Numbered from the whole stretch's first letter, positions 8,844 to 17,925 are shown. The stretch: DNA of 61,911 nucleotides, filler included, from Nitrospirae bacterium MYbin3 (GCA_002753335.1; 5 parts of 5 records of this genome joined end to end with filler, not necessarily neighbours in it); one strand, 5' to 3'. The notes: generated by a model not told the origin, from the sequence alone. Numbers and translations are program-made.

Positions 8844-9179
8844 ATGTTAATGGCAATAAATGATAATGAAAGAGGCTTTACTTTGGTCGAACTGCTTATT
8901 GTTGTTGCTATTATCGCTATTCTCGCGGCAATAGCAATTCCGCATTAAACGAATTATACAAGGAATGCAAAGCAGTCACGCTGCGCCAATGATGTTGCAA
9001 GCGCATGCAGCGTGGCGGCCGCTACATATGCAAATGACGGAACTACTGCACAGGCAACGGCCGGCAGTGCTGTTTGCAGCATAAGTATTGATGGAGTAAT
9101 GTCTATAGTTAGCGTTACAGGATGCACCGGTTGTACAATGTCCACAGCAGGTCTTATAACCGGATGTACTCCGTCATAG
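8844..9179 (+). pseudogene. Type IVa pilin, copy 3, interrupted by a single TAA at 8946-8948
   Basis: [55 protein letters not shown]...GCTGCTMSTAGLITGCTPS. The stop replaces Tyr24, all 6 Cys are kept, and an AGGAG RBS is present. Absent from the ORF track. Confidence 0.88.
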
Positions 9180-9186
9180 CTTATTA

Positions 9187-11166
9187 TTGATTACCTTTTT
9201 TTTAAAACATCGTAGAGATGTTCTGCTTATACTCTGCATTATAGTATTTGCTATTTTTATAAAGCTTAAGGACTTTCAAAACTTTTCGGATGCTCAGAAT
9301 GTTTTCTCCACCTACGATGCCTTCAGATATGCACGATTTGCAAAAGAGATACAGACAGGTTCTTATTCTGCTATTGACTATCTTTCGAACGCTCCTGATT
9401 TTCGCACTAACTTTGACCCACCCTATCCTCTCAGTCTGTCAGCAGTGTGGCTGTCCGATTTCTTCAACATTCGGCTAGAACGTCTTTTCGTTTATCTTCC
9501 TCCAGTACTTTCGCTTTTTTATATCTTGCCGCTATATTTTTGGATTAAGACCTTTTGCGACTCTTATAAACTGAGTTATATATTTGCGGGTGGCGCGCTT
9601 TTGGAATTGTTTAACTTTATATACGCTATAAGAACCTGCCCCGGATATTTCGATACCGATTGCCTGATACTGTTTTTTATATTTACCATTAATCTCTTTA
9701 TAACTTATGCGGTTAAGGAAAAAGAAAACACTGTTCAATCTTACATTTATTTAGGGGTGGCGGCGATTTTTTATAGGATGTTCTTATGGTGGTATGACGT
9801 TTATATTTTCTCAGCTTTATTTATGTTTGCTTTAGTTGTAGGATTAATAAATTCTGGGCATACAAGAAGGGATATTCTTTTTAAGAGCCTTTTTTTCTTG
9901 ATAGTTATAAATCCTTCTCTGTATTCCGTTATAGGTGGTATAAAAGAGTACTCGACTGCAGTTTTCATGAAGCAGACCGTCAACATTCTTCCTGAAAGTA
10001 TTTTTTCGACTATAAACGAGTTTAAACCGCTTTCATCGAGACAGTTCGTTGCTTTCACAACAGAAAACACATTGACGGCAGTGTTATCAATGGCAGGGCT
10101 GGGAGTAGTATTTTTTGTTTTTTTCAGGCATATGGTTGGTTTACTGCCGTTTATTTTAATAGGGTTATCAGCTTTTAAGTCAGGTAATAGATATGTAATG
10201 TATCTTGCACCGTTCTTAGGAATGGGACTAGGTTATCTTATCTATCTTTTGTTTAAGTTTATTTCCGAAAAATATAGCCGAAAAGGAGAATTAATTTTAG
10301 TATCAGGATTACTCTTAACGGTTTTTCTGACATTTCCTCCGCAAAGACTTTATTATAGCCCTAAACCATTTGTCAGCAAGGAAATGTTTGAAGGCTTAAG
10401 GAGCCTGAAAGAGGTTACAGAAAAGGATGCTTTAATTTGGACTTGGTGGGACTGGGGTATGGCTATAGAATATCTTTCGGAGCGGGGCACTTATGTTGAC
10501 GGCGCCAATTATCATCCGGCCAAGCTCTATTTTATAGCTAAGTCTCTTATGACATCAGAGGCCGAAACCGCTAAGAAAGCTATAGCCTTTATAACCAACA
10601 ATAAAACAGCCGATTATCTAAATACAGGCATTACATTGCAAGAACTGAATGTAAGGGCTATGTCATATACCAACTTTCCAAACAAGCCGGTATATGTAGT
10701 CATTGACAGTTCAATGGTCGATTATCTTTTTATTAAAAGACTTGGGATGTATGGTATGAAATCTGATAACATTACATTGCCGGTTATGAGTACCCCGATG
10801 AACTGCACAAAGAACAAATCTATGACCGGTATTTTTGGTTGCCAATCTATATTTGATTTTGATGTTTTGACATTGAAAATATTGTCGCCAAAAGACAAAC
10901 AGGACATCAGAGACATTTACAGGGAAATACTTTTTATCAATAGAGACGTCAGTACAATAAAAAAAATCTGGTACAATAAACGGGCATCATCCGATAAAAC
11001 ATTGCAGCTTATTTACAAGGCCGGTGCGCTGTATTTTATGGTTGTAGATGACAGAGCTAAAGAGACGGTTCTTCATAGGATGTATGCGCACAAAGAAAAA
11101 TTAGAACATTTTGAGCTGATTATGGATATATTCCCTTCAATGGTGGTCTATAAGGTTATAAGATGA
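9187..11166 (+). CDS. STT3/PglB/AglB-family oligosaccharyltransferase
   Basis: Polytopic N-terminal half with TYDAFRY, GYFDTD and STINE (TIxE) motifs. Soluble C-terminal domain with WWDWG. TTG start 7 nt after pilin 3. Confidence 0.85.
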   Translation: MITFFLKHRRDVLLILCIIVFAIFIKLKDFQNFSDAQNVFSTYDAFRYARFAKEIQTGSYSAIDYLSNAPDFRTNFDPPYPLSLSAVWLSDFFNIRLERLFVYLPPVLSLFYILPLYFWIKTFCDSYKLSYIFAGGALLELFNFIYAIRTCPGYFDTDCLILFFIFTINLFITYAVKEKENTVQSYIYLGVAAIFYRMFLWWYDVYIFSALFMFALVVGLINSGHTRRDILFKSLFFLIVINPSLYSVIGGIKEYSTAVFMKQTVNILPESIFSTINEFKPLSSRQFVAFTTENTLTAVLSMAGLGVVFFVFFRHMVGLLPFILIGLSAFKSGNRYVMYLAPFLGMGLGYLIYLLFKFISEKYSRKGELILVSGLLLTVFLTFPPQRLYYSPKPFVSKEMFEGLRSLKEVTEKDALIWTWWDWGMAIEYLSERGTYVDGANYHPAKLYFIAKSLMTSEAETAKKAIAFITNNKTADYLNTGITLQELNVRAMSYTNFPNKPVYVVIDSSMVDYLFIKRLGMYGMKSDNITLPVMSTPMNCTKNKSMTGIFGCQSIFDFDVLTLKILSPKDKQDIRDIYREILFINRDVSTIKKIWYNKRASSDKTLQLIYKAGALYFMVVDDRAKETVLHRMYAHKEKLEHFELIMDIFPSMVVYKVIR

Positions 11167-11909
11167 TACTAAACAAGAAGCTTGTGGTGGTAATGCCGGC
11201 CTACAATGCCGAAAGAACACTTAGACAGACATATTTCGAGCTGCACAATGAATACGTTGATGAGGTTATTCTTGTTGATGATGCGTCTCAGGACAATACA
11301 GCAGAACTGGCCCAAGAGCTTGGCATCAGGACGATTATACATTCAAAAAACAAAGGCTATGGGGGCAACCAAAAAACATGCTACAGGGAGGCGATGCAAC
11401 TTGGAGCTGATATTGTTGTTATGTTACACCCTGACTATCAGTACTCTCCCAAACTTGTTCCCGCCATGGCGTTTATGATAGCTTCGTCCCATTATGATAT
11501 TGTTTTAGGTTCGAGAATTTTGGGAGGGGATGCGCTTAAAGGCGGGATGCCATTTTATAAGTATGTTTCAAACAGATTTCTCACCTTGTTTCAGAACTTG
11601 GCGCTCGGCATAAAGTTGTCTGAATACCATACCGGCCTGAGAGCTTTCAGCAGCGATGTTCTCAAGGTTATTCCGACCGGCGCAAATTCGGATGATTTTG
11701 TATTTGACAATGAAATGCTGGTTCAGGCTGTTTACAAAAAGTTTAAAATAGGGGAGATAAGCTGTCCTACAAGATACTTTACTGACGCGTCATCAATAAA
11801 TTTATCTAGAAGCATCAAGTATGGTCTGGGTGTGGTTCAAACAACATTGAAATACGTTCTGCAACGGCTTGGAATAAGGAACTTCTCGATATTTGAGTCT
11901 TTGAAATAG
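11163..11909 (+). CDS. GT2 glycosyltransferase, polyprenol-phosphate glycosyl synthase (DPM/DPG-like)
   Basis: VVMPAYNA, ILVDDASQD, NKGYGG, HPDYQY, VLGSR and FVFDNEML motifs. ATGA overlap with the STT3 gene. Confidence 0.88.
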   Translation: MILNKKLVVVMPAYNAERTLRQTYFELHNEYVDEVILVDDASQDNTAELAQELGIRTIIHSKNKGYGGNQKTCYREAMQLGADIVVMLHPDYQYSPKLVPAMAFMIASSHYDIVLGSRILGGDALKGGMPFYKYVSNRFLTLFQNLALGIKLSEYHTGLRAFSSDVLKVIPTGANSDDFVFDNEMLVQAVYKKFKIGEISCPTRYFTDASSINLSRSIKYGLGVVQTTLKYVLQRLGIRNFSIFESLK

Positions 11910-11913
11910 TGAT

Positions 11914-13632
11914 ATGTTGTTTGGCGAAAGTACGGACTATAAAATAAACCGAAAAAAATCTATTTATTGTTCCATTCTTGTCGGATTATTTGCTATTATT
12001 GTGTTTTTGCCAGCTCTGCAAAATGATTTTGTCACCTGGGATGACCAGGCTTTTGTTATCCAGAACTCTAACATATATACACTAGATGTAAAGCTTATTG
12101 AATGGGCATTTTTTAATTTTTTTGCTTCAAGCTGGCATCCAATAACATGGCTCTCCCATGCAGTGGATTATAGGATATGGGGGTTAAATCCTTTTGGACA
12201 CCACCTAACTAGCATACTTCTGCATGGCATTAATACATATTTGGTGTCGCTGCTTTGCATTAATTTGCTTAATTTTAGGAACTCAACCCTAACTGCTTCA
12301 TCAGAAATCCAAAAGGGATGGATTTTGTCAGACAGAGGGATAATAGTGGCAGGATGCATAACAGGTTTGTTGTTCGGAATACATCCTCTGCATGTAGAAT
12401 CGGTGGCGTGGGTGTCCGAAAGAAAGGACCTATTATGTGCATTTTTTTATCTGTTAAGCCTGATTTGTTACTCTGCGTATGCTCGCGAAGCATTGATTGA
12501 CAAGGATAGGAATTGGTTGACAGACAAAAGATACCTGTTGAGTTTGTTATTTTTTGTCTGTGCCCTGTTCAGCAAGCCAATGGCAGTGACATTGCCTGTG
12601 ATACTTTTATTGCTTGATTGGTATCCTTTTGAGCGATTTAATTATTCAAATCTCAAGAATCTTTTTTATGAGAAGCTTCTGTTTGCACTCTTTTCGCTGT
12701 ATGTTTCAGTTACTGTATTATTTGCACAAATGGCTGGTGAATCTTTAAGGTCTTTTGAATTATTTCCCTTTTCGTCAAGGATCCTTGTGGGGGGAGACGC
12801 TGTTATTATGTATATAAAAATGATGGTTTGGCCGGTTAACCTAATAAATTTTTATCCTTTTCCGAAAGAGGTATCGGGTGTTCCGACATATTTTATTTCA
12901 TTTATAGGTGTGGGTTTAATCACAAGCGGACTGCTTATGGTTTCAAAAAAATTCAAGGCTCTTTTTGTAGTTTGGTTTTTTTATCTGATAATTTTATTTC
13001 CTGTGCTGGGCATTATTAAAGGCGGATCATTTGCTATTGCAGACCGATATACGTATCTGCCAAGCATAAGTATATTTTTGTTAACAGGTTTTGGTATTGC
13101 TATAGTATATGATAAGGTTATAAAAGCAAGTAATATTTTAAAGGGACTTTTTCTGTGTTTTCTTATCGCAGTAAATTTGACCCTGTCTTTTTTGACTATA
13201 AAGCAGATTGGTGTATGGCATGATACGATTTCCTTATGGCGACATGCTATAAAAAATACTTCTTCTGAAAGGGATGATTATTACAGAAGGGTTGCAAGAA
13301 TGCATATGGGTTTAGGTATGGCATATTTCGCAAAGGGTATGCAGGATGAATGTATTATGGAATTTAAGACTGCATTGGACATTGAACCTCGTAACACGGA
13401 TGTCCGGATTTCTTTAGCTAATATTTATCTTGACATTAACAAACTGGATGAGGCGATTATAGAATTTAAGACTTCAATAGCTGATGATCCTAAAAATGCC
13501 GCCATCCCTTTAACATATATTAAATTAAGTGTGGCTTTACACCGGGTTGGCAGAATATTTGAAGCAAAAACTGCATTGATGAAAGCTGACGATTTAATAA
13601 AAAAGAATTATGAAAATATTGCTAAACAATAA
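11914..13632 (+). CDS. TMTC-like GT-C membrane glycosyltransferase with C-terminal TPRs
   Basis: FVTWDD loop, WHPITWLSH, HPLHVESVAWVSERKD, SKPMAVTLP, ADRYTYLP, then TPR helices. Confidence 0.8.
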   Translation: MLFGESTDYKINRKKSIYCSILVGLFAIIVFLPALQNDFVTWDDQAFVIQNSNIYTLDVKLIEWAFFNFFASSWHPITWLSHAVDYRIWGLNPFGHHLTSILLHGINTYLVSLLCINLLNFRNSTLTASSEIQKGWILSDRGIIVAGCITGLLFGIHPLHVESVAWVSERKDLLCAFFYLLSLICYSAYAREALIDKDRNWLTDKRYLLSLLFFVCALFSKPMAVTLPVILLLLDWYPFERFNYSNLKNLFYEKLLFALFSLYVSVTVLFAQMAGESLRSFELFPFSSRILVGGDAVIMYIKMMVWPVNLINFYPFPKEVSGVPTYFISFIGVGLITSGLLMVSKKFKALFVVWFFYLIILFPVLGIIKGGSFAIADRYTYLPSISIFLLTGFGIAIVYDKVIKASNILKGLFLCFLIAVNLTLSFLTIKQIGVWHDTISLWRHAIKNTSSERDDYYRRVARMHMGLGMAYFAKGMQDECIMEFKTALDIEPRNTDVRISLANIYLDINKLDEAIIEFKTSIADDPKNAAIPLTYIKLSVALHRVGRIFEAKTALMKADDLIKKNYENIAKQ

Positions 13633-13915
13633 AAGCAGTACTTTAGCCGTTTTCATTGTTTCTTTTACAACTATTATGGTATATCTGCCTGCCCTGCAAA
13701 ATGAATTTGTTAACTTTGACGACTATGACTATGTGACTCAAAATCAATACATACGCATTATAGATGCGAATTTTTTTAGTTGGGCAGTAACTAAATTTTA
13801 TTTCTCAAGCTGGCATCCAATAACATGGCTCTCCCATGCAGTGGATTATAGGATATGGGGGTTAAATCCTTTTGGACACCACCTAACTAGCATACTTCTG
13901 CATGGCATTAATACA
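13610..13915 (+). CDS. Second TMTC-like gene, 3'-truncated by the gap
   Basis: FVNFDDYDYV and WHPITWLSH motifs. The last 111 bp (13805-13915) are identical to 12127-12237. Confidence 0.75.
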
Positions 13916-14015
13916 NNNNNNNNNNNNNNNNNNNNNNNNNNNNNNNNNNNNNNNNNNNNTTAATTAATTAANNNNNNNNNNNNNNNNNNNNNNNNNNNNN
14001 NNNNNNNNNNNNNNN
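13916..14015. other. Assembly gap/contig linker
   Basis: N run with embedded TTAATTAATTAA. Confidence 0.98.
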
Positions 14016-14154
14016 TCGGTCTCGTTTGAGTGGGATTGGGTACCTTATAACCGGTACCGGTTAGGTGGGATTTACACCCTTAAAATCGGTATCGCTTTGC
14101 TGGGACGTAACAGATATATGTAGATGCTTTCTTTTTTCCATAGGCTTGAATCTC

Positions 14155-14562
14155 CTAAGTCCGATGCAAAAGATTCATCAATGAATTAACGGAAGAAAAA
14201 TTTTCATATAATTCGTGAGGTAATATGGTCAAATTTTCGCTCAACGAAATGATAGTCACCCCATTAACATAAAATTTGTTTAATAATCCCTCCATGTTGC
14301 CTAAATTCCTTCCAAGGCGATTCAAATCTGTCACAATCACCATTTTAATTTCGTCTTTTTCCATAGATGCAATTAGGCGCTTCAGAGATGGCCTATTGGT
14401 GTCGTTTCCGGAATATGCACAATCTTCAAATATCGCGACATCCTTAAAGCCCTTCGATTTGCAATAGTCTTGCATACGTGTTATTTGAGACTCAATGCCT
14501 AAGTCCATACCATTAACTGTTTTCTGGGAACAAGCTACACGAGCATATAGTGCACATTTCAT
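14155..14562 (-). CDS. Stand-alone serine recombinase (resolvase) catalytic-domain protein without DNA-binding domain
   Basis: YARVA (canonical YxRVS), FEDCAYSGNDTNRPSL and VIVTDLNRLGRN motifs. Only 135 aa. AAGGAG RBS. Confidence 0.8.
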   Translation of the reverse strand: MKCALYARVACSQKTVNGMDLGIESQITRMQDYCKSKGFKDVAIFEDCAYSGNDTNRPSLKRLIASMEKDEIKMVIVTDLNRLGRNLGNMEGLLNKFYVNGVTIISLSENLTILPHELYENFSSVNSLMNLLHRT

Positions 14563-14672
14563 CTTTTTACTCTCCTTTTTAAGTGTAGTTTAATTAGAGT
14601 TATCTAACTCATATTTCATTATTAGTAAAAACGACAAAAAGTAAAGTCCAACCTTATATATATTACTGACAG

Positions 14673-14876
14673 AATCGGCCAGAACGACATTGTCGTTAAT
14701 AATGTGGTATGGTCGGTTGTATATTTCGGTCATTTAGGACATCTATTTCGGAATTGGAGATTTCGGAGTATTTGGGCCAGTCTTTTCGGACTAAATTGGA
14801 CACTCGGTTCGGTTTAGTTTAGCCACCTAATCGGCCATAACGACATTGTCGTTAATAATGTGGCATGGTCGGTTGT
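14673..14876. repeat. Two 48-bp direct repeats (14673-14720, 14829-14876; 2 mismatches), each containing the palindrome AACGACA-T-TGTCGTT
   Basis: AATCGGCCA(G/T)AACGACATTGTCGTTAATAATGTGG(T/C)ATGGTCGGTTGT read directly from the sequence. Confidence 0.9.
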
Positions 14877-14943
14877 CGCCGAGTGTATGAAGTTTCTCTA
14901 TATGCGATATAACACTCACCATAGACGTCCTTTTGAATATCAT

Positions 14944-16707
14944 TTATATTATTCTATTATCTAAAGCCATCTTATAATTAAAGATTCTGCTCGTATACAG
15001 ATGCAAACCTGCCCCTGTCTGCATCTTGATACGAGTCTCTCTCCTTCCCACTAGATCCATAATATAACTAACTGTTTTACTGAGAGATTCGTGGATTTTT
15101 ACATCAGCGCATATTTTGTTTTCGTCCGCGTAATGGATTACAATCTTATCAACGATTGAATAAAGAGTGTCTCTTCTTGTCTCAGGATCTCTGAGTTTAG
15201 CGACAACTTTCGCAAAAAATTCTTCTAGGTCTTTTTGAGAAATAATAGCATTAAAATTAATGTCGTCAATGTTATCGACTTCAAATAATGAAAATTCATT
15301 TTTAAGATTTCTTATCCTATTTTCCGTATCCATGAGTAATGCCGCAGTAGTTTCTCCTATGATGCCTTTCTTTATAGCATTTGCTATATTGGCAAGCTCT
15401 TCTTGGGCTACTTGAATATCTTGTTCAATAACTGCCAGTCCCCTATCTTTTTTTGAATTTTGTATAAATTCTTTTAATGAGCAATGGATTTCAGATGTTA
15501 TGGCGGCTATCGCCTCTTTTTCTAAAAACTCTTTACACAGGGTCGATATGATACCATCTTCCAAAATCTCCATTTTCAGTTTCATAGTGTTTGTGCATAC
15601 ATGAATACCCTTGTTCCAGTTTGTAGTGCACCCGTATTTTTTATATTTCCCACCAGTGACAATACCGATAGTCCCGCTGCATGTACCGCATTTCGCTACT
15701 CTCGTCAGCAGATGCTCTGAATACAAATGCTTGGCATTCGCCATTCTACCTTGACACCTGTCTCTAACTTCTCTTTGTCGCACCTTGACTAACGCCCAAA
15801 GATCATCCGATATAATTCTCAGATGTGGCCTGTCCATTTCTAACCATGATTCGGGCGGATTGATGGTCAGCTTTTTGCCGTTCGGTTTACTCCTAAACTT
15901 ACCTTTTGTTCTATTCCATATATATTTACCTATATATAATTCATTGTACAGAATTCCCCTAAAGGCCTTTGGACTTCCCGAAATTGTAGTTTCGCTCCAA
16001 TACTCGCCGACTGGAGGCTTGGGATGCCCGGTCTCTTTAATTTCTTTATTAAATTGCACCGCTATTCTTTTCGCCGACCACTTTTCCTCCCCGTATAGCG
16101 TAAATATCCGTTTTACGGTTTCTGCTTCCTGAGGGTCAATCTCTCTGTGATAACCAATAATTTCTTTTTCCCCATAGCGGTCTGTTTTACCACTGTATTC
16201 AGGACGGGATTTATATCCGTAATGTCGCCCTCCAGCACTAAAACCTGCTTCCAAACGACCCTTTATTCCTTCATATGTTTTGTGACTGAGAGTGCGCAAA
16301 TATATTGAGTCGACCATTCCGTAAATTGTGATTAGCTCAGAGGCCGTTTCTTCTTTTGTGTCAATCCCCTGCGAAATGCAATAAATATAAACATCTTTGG
16401 CAGTTAGGCTTTCAAAAATTTGAAGAGCTTCAATGAGATTGCGAGCGACTCTTGATGTGTCGTCTACTAAGATATATTGAAATGGAGGATTGGTTCCGAG
16501 GGCTATTTCCTGTAAAGCTTTAAAACCATTTCTTGACGCTATGCTTTGCCCTGACTTGGCTTTGTCGATATAAATATGGTCTTCGAGAATTTCCCAGTTT
16601 TTTGTCTTGGCAAATTCGCGACATATTCTTATTTGATCGTCAATTGACGCGACACGCTGATTACGACTTGAGTAACGTGCATAAACGGCACACTTTATTG
16701 GGCTCAT
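14944..16707 (-). CDS. Large serine recombinase (integrase)
   Basis: YARYSS catalytic motif, DDTSRVARN, GGRHYGY recombinase domain, LYIGKYIWNR, zinc ribbon CGTC...YGC...C and a coiled coil. Confidence 0.92.
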   Translation of the reverse strand: MSPIKCAVYARYSSRNQRVASIDDQIRICREFAKTKNWEILEDHIYIDKAKSGQSIASRNGFKALQEIALGTNPPFQYILVDDTSRVARNLIEALQIFESLTAKDVYIYCISQGIDTKEETASELITIYGMVDSIYLRTLSHKTYEGIKGRLEAGFSAGGRHYGYKSRPEYSGKTDRYGEKEIIGYHREIDPQEAETVKRIFTLYGEEKWSAKRIAVQFNKEIKETGHPKPPVGEYWSETTISGSPKAFRGILYNELYIGKYIWNRTKGKFRSKPNGKKLTINPPESWLEMDRPHLRIISDDLWALVKVRQREVRDRCQGRMANAKHLYSEHLLTRVAKCGTCSGTIGIVTGGKYKKYGCTTNWNKGIHVCTNTMKLKMEILEDGIISTLCKEFLEKEAIAAITSEIHCSLKEFIQNSKKDRGLAVIEQDIQVAQEELANIANAIKKGIIGETTAALLMDTENRIRNLKNEFSLFEVDNIDDINFNAIISQKDLEEFFAKVVAKLRDPETRRDTLYSIVDKIVIHYADENKICADVKIHESLSKTVSYIMDLVGRRETRIKMQTGAGLHLYTSRIFNYKMALDNRII

Positions 16708-16868
16708 AAGTCGATACCCGTCTCATTTTTCATGAGTCGCTGCAATCCTTTCGCTAGGATCGCCGTGATATGGTCGAGTCGCGCCTTACTATCTAGATTG
16801 GCAGAATATCCATGCTTAATTGGTGATGGCGTATCTTTTGTCGGAACCGTTTTGGGTGACTTAATCAT
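16704..16868 (-). CDS. Small hypothetical protein translationally coupled to the integrase
   Basis: ATG at 16868, ARLDHITAILAKGLQRL amphipathic helix, ATGA overlap with the integrase start. Confidence 0.5.
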   Translation of the reverse strand: MIKSPKTVPTKDTPSPIKHGYSANLDSKARLDHITAILAKGLQRLMKNETGIDL

Positions 16869-16916
16869 ATTTATATTACTCAGCCAATTAATTTCCCAAA
16901 AAACCGCAAAAATAGC

Positions 16917-16945
16917 TTCAAACGACAATATTATTGTCGTTTGAA
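16917..16945. repeat. Perfect 14-bp-arm palindrome upstream of the integrase operon
   Basis: TTCAAACGACAATA-T-TATTGTCGTTTGAA. Confidence 0.85.
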
Positions 16946-17395
16946 AATTAAGATATGATTGAACTGCATGTAAGTTTAATTGGGATAAATCCAATTAAAT
17001 GCGTTGATAAATAAGGATAAATAGATAGCTTGTTATTATTCAGTGACCGTGTCGTTTATATGCTCCACAATTGTTTAACTGGAATTGGCAGGCATGCTGG
17101 TAACGACACTTAAACGACAATTGTACATGCATGAATGTCGCTGACGACATATAAACGCAATCACGACGACATAATTTCCCTCCAAATGCAGATTTTATTA
17201 TAAGGATGCGACAATAGAACCCATAGATGCTGGTTCGTACTGGCTTGTCGCAATAAGGAAATTATATGACATACTCGACAGCGGCCTATATTGGCATAGC
17301 AATAGCTGTGTTTACTCGTTCCATTTCTTTGTCGTCCTGAAACAACTTCTGAAAGTAATATAAGTACATCAAATAACATTAGGAGGTGTCGCATT

Positions 17396-17566
17396 ATGGC
17401 AAGCATACTTGAAGTAAAAGTTTTTTCTGGGAAATCATTGGAGGAAGCAGCCGAGAAGGCTCATGGTTTGCCCTTTGGAGGGTATCTGTTTGTGGGGTCT
17501 CATGTCATGCAAGAAAAAGACGAAGTTAAATTGGTTATATTATTTGTAAATCATAGCGCTCCTTAA
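17396..17566 (+). CDS. Small hypothetical protein (56 aa), below the track cutoff
   Basis: AGGAGG RBS; MASILEVKVFSGKSLEEAAEK...VKLVILFVNHSAP. Confidence 0.6.
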   Translation: MASILEVKVFSGKSLEEAAEKAHGLPFGGYLFVGSHVMQEKDEVKLVILFVNHSAP

Positions 17567-17647
17567 TGAATCTCTCCGGACTAAATGCGAGCGTTTCTGA
17601 GAGGGTCTTGCCGACTCTTTGGAAAGCTCGGGGGCTTTCTGGAAGTG

Positions 17648-17839
17648 TTATTTGTAGAGTACAACAACGACTAATCCGTTGTTGTACTCATTAGGAGGAG
17701 ACAAAACCATATTATGAATTTTTATATCAGGATGTTCTGATAGCCAGTCGTTCATTTCGGCTTCAAGTTTTACATTATCGTAATCTAAGACTTGCTCCTT
17801 TCTAAATATCTTGCATTTATAACTTTCGACCATTGACAC
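17648..17839 (-). CDS. Small hypothetical protein, Cse60-like pattern
   Basis: GGAGG RBS; KCKIF...LEAEMNDWLSEHPDIKI...VVVVLYK. Confidence 0.6.
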   Translation of the reverse strand: MSMVESYKCKIFRKEQVLDYDNVKLEAEMNDWLSEHPDIKIHNMVLSPPNEYNNGLVVVVLYK

Positions 17840-17925
17840 TTGCCTCCATTATGTTTTTACCGTCGAATAATTTCAGCCATTTGTAAGACATCGCTACGAT
17901 AGCTGATTTATTTTTAACTTGCATA

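Noticed and set aside
8946..8948. Recoding of the stop in pilin 3
   Set aside because: TAA at a Tyr position has no Sec/Pyl-type decoding, and TAA terminates many other genes in the window.
13805..13915. 111-bp identity between the two TMTC-like genes as gene conversion or a DGR template/variable pair
   Set aside because: It lies exactly at a contig end, has no A-specific mismatches, and no reverse transcriptase is present; it may be an assembly repeat boundary.
13960..13971. TTAATTAATTAA palindrome repeated in four N runs
   Set aside because: Artificial contig linker with stops in all frames; not biological.
14673..14876. Palindromic direct repeats as a CRISPR array
   Set aside because: Only two 48-bp units with a 108-bp spacer and no cas genes; reported as a recombinase-associated repeat instead.
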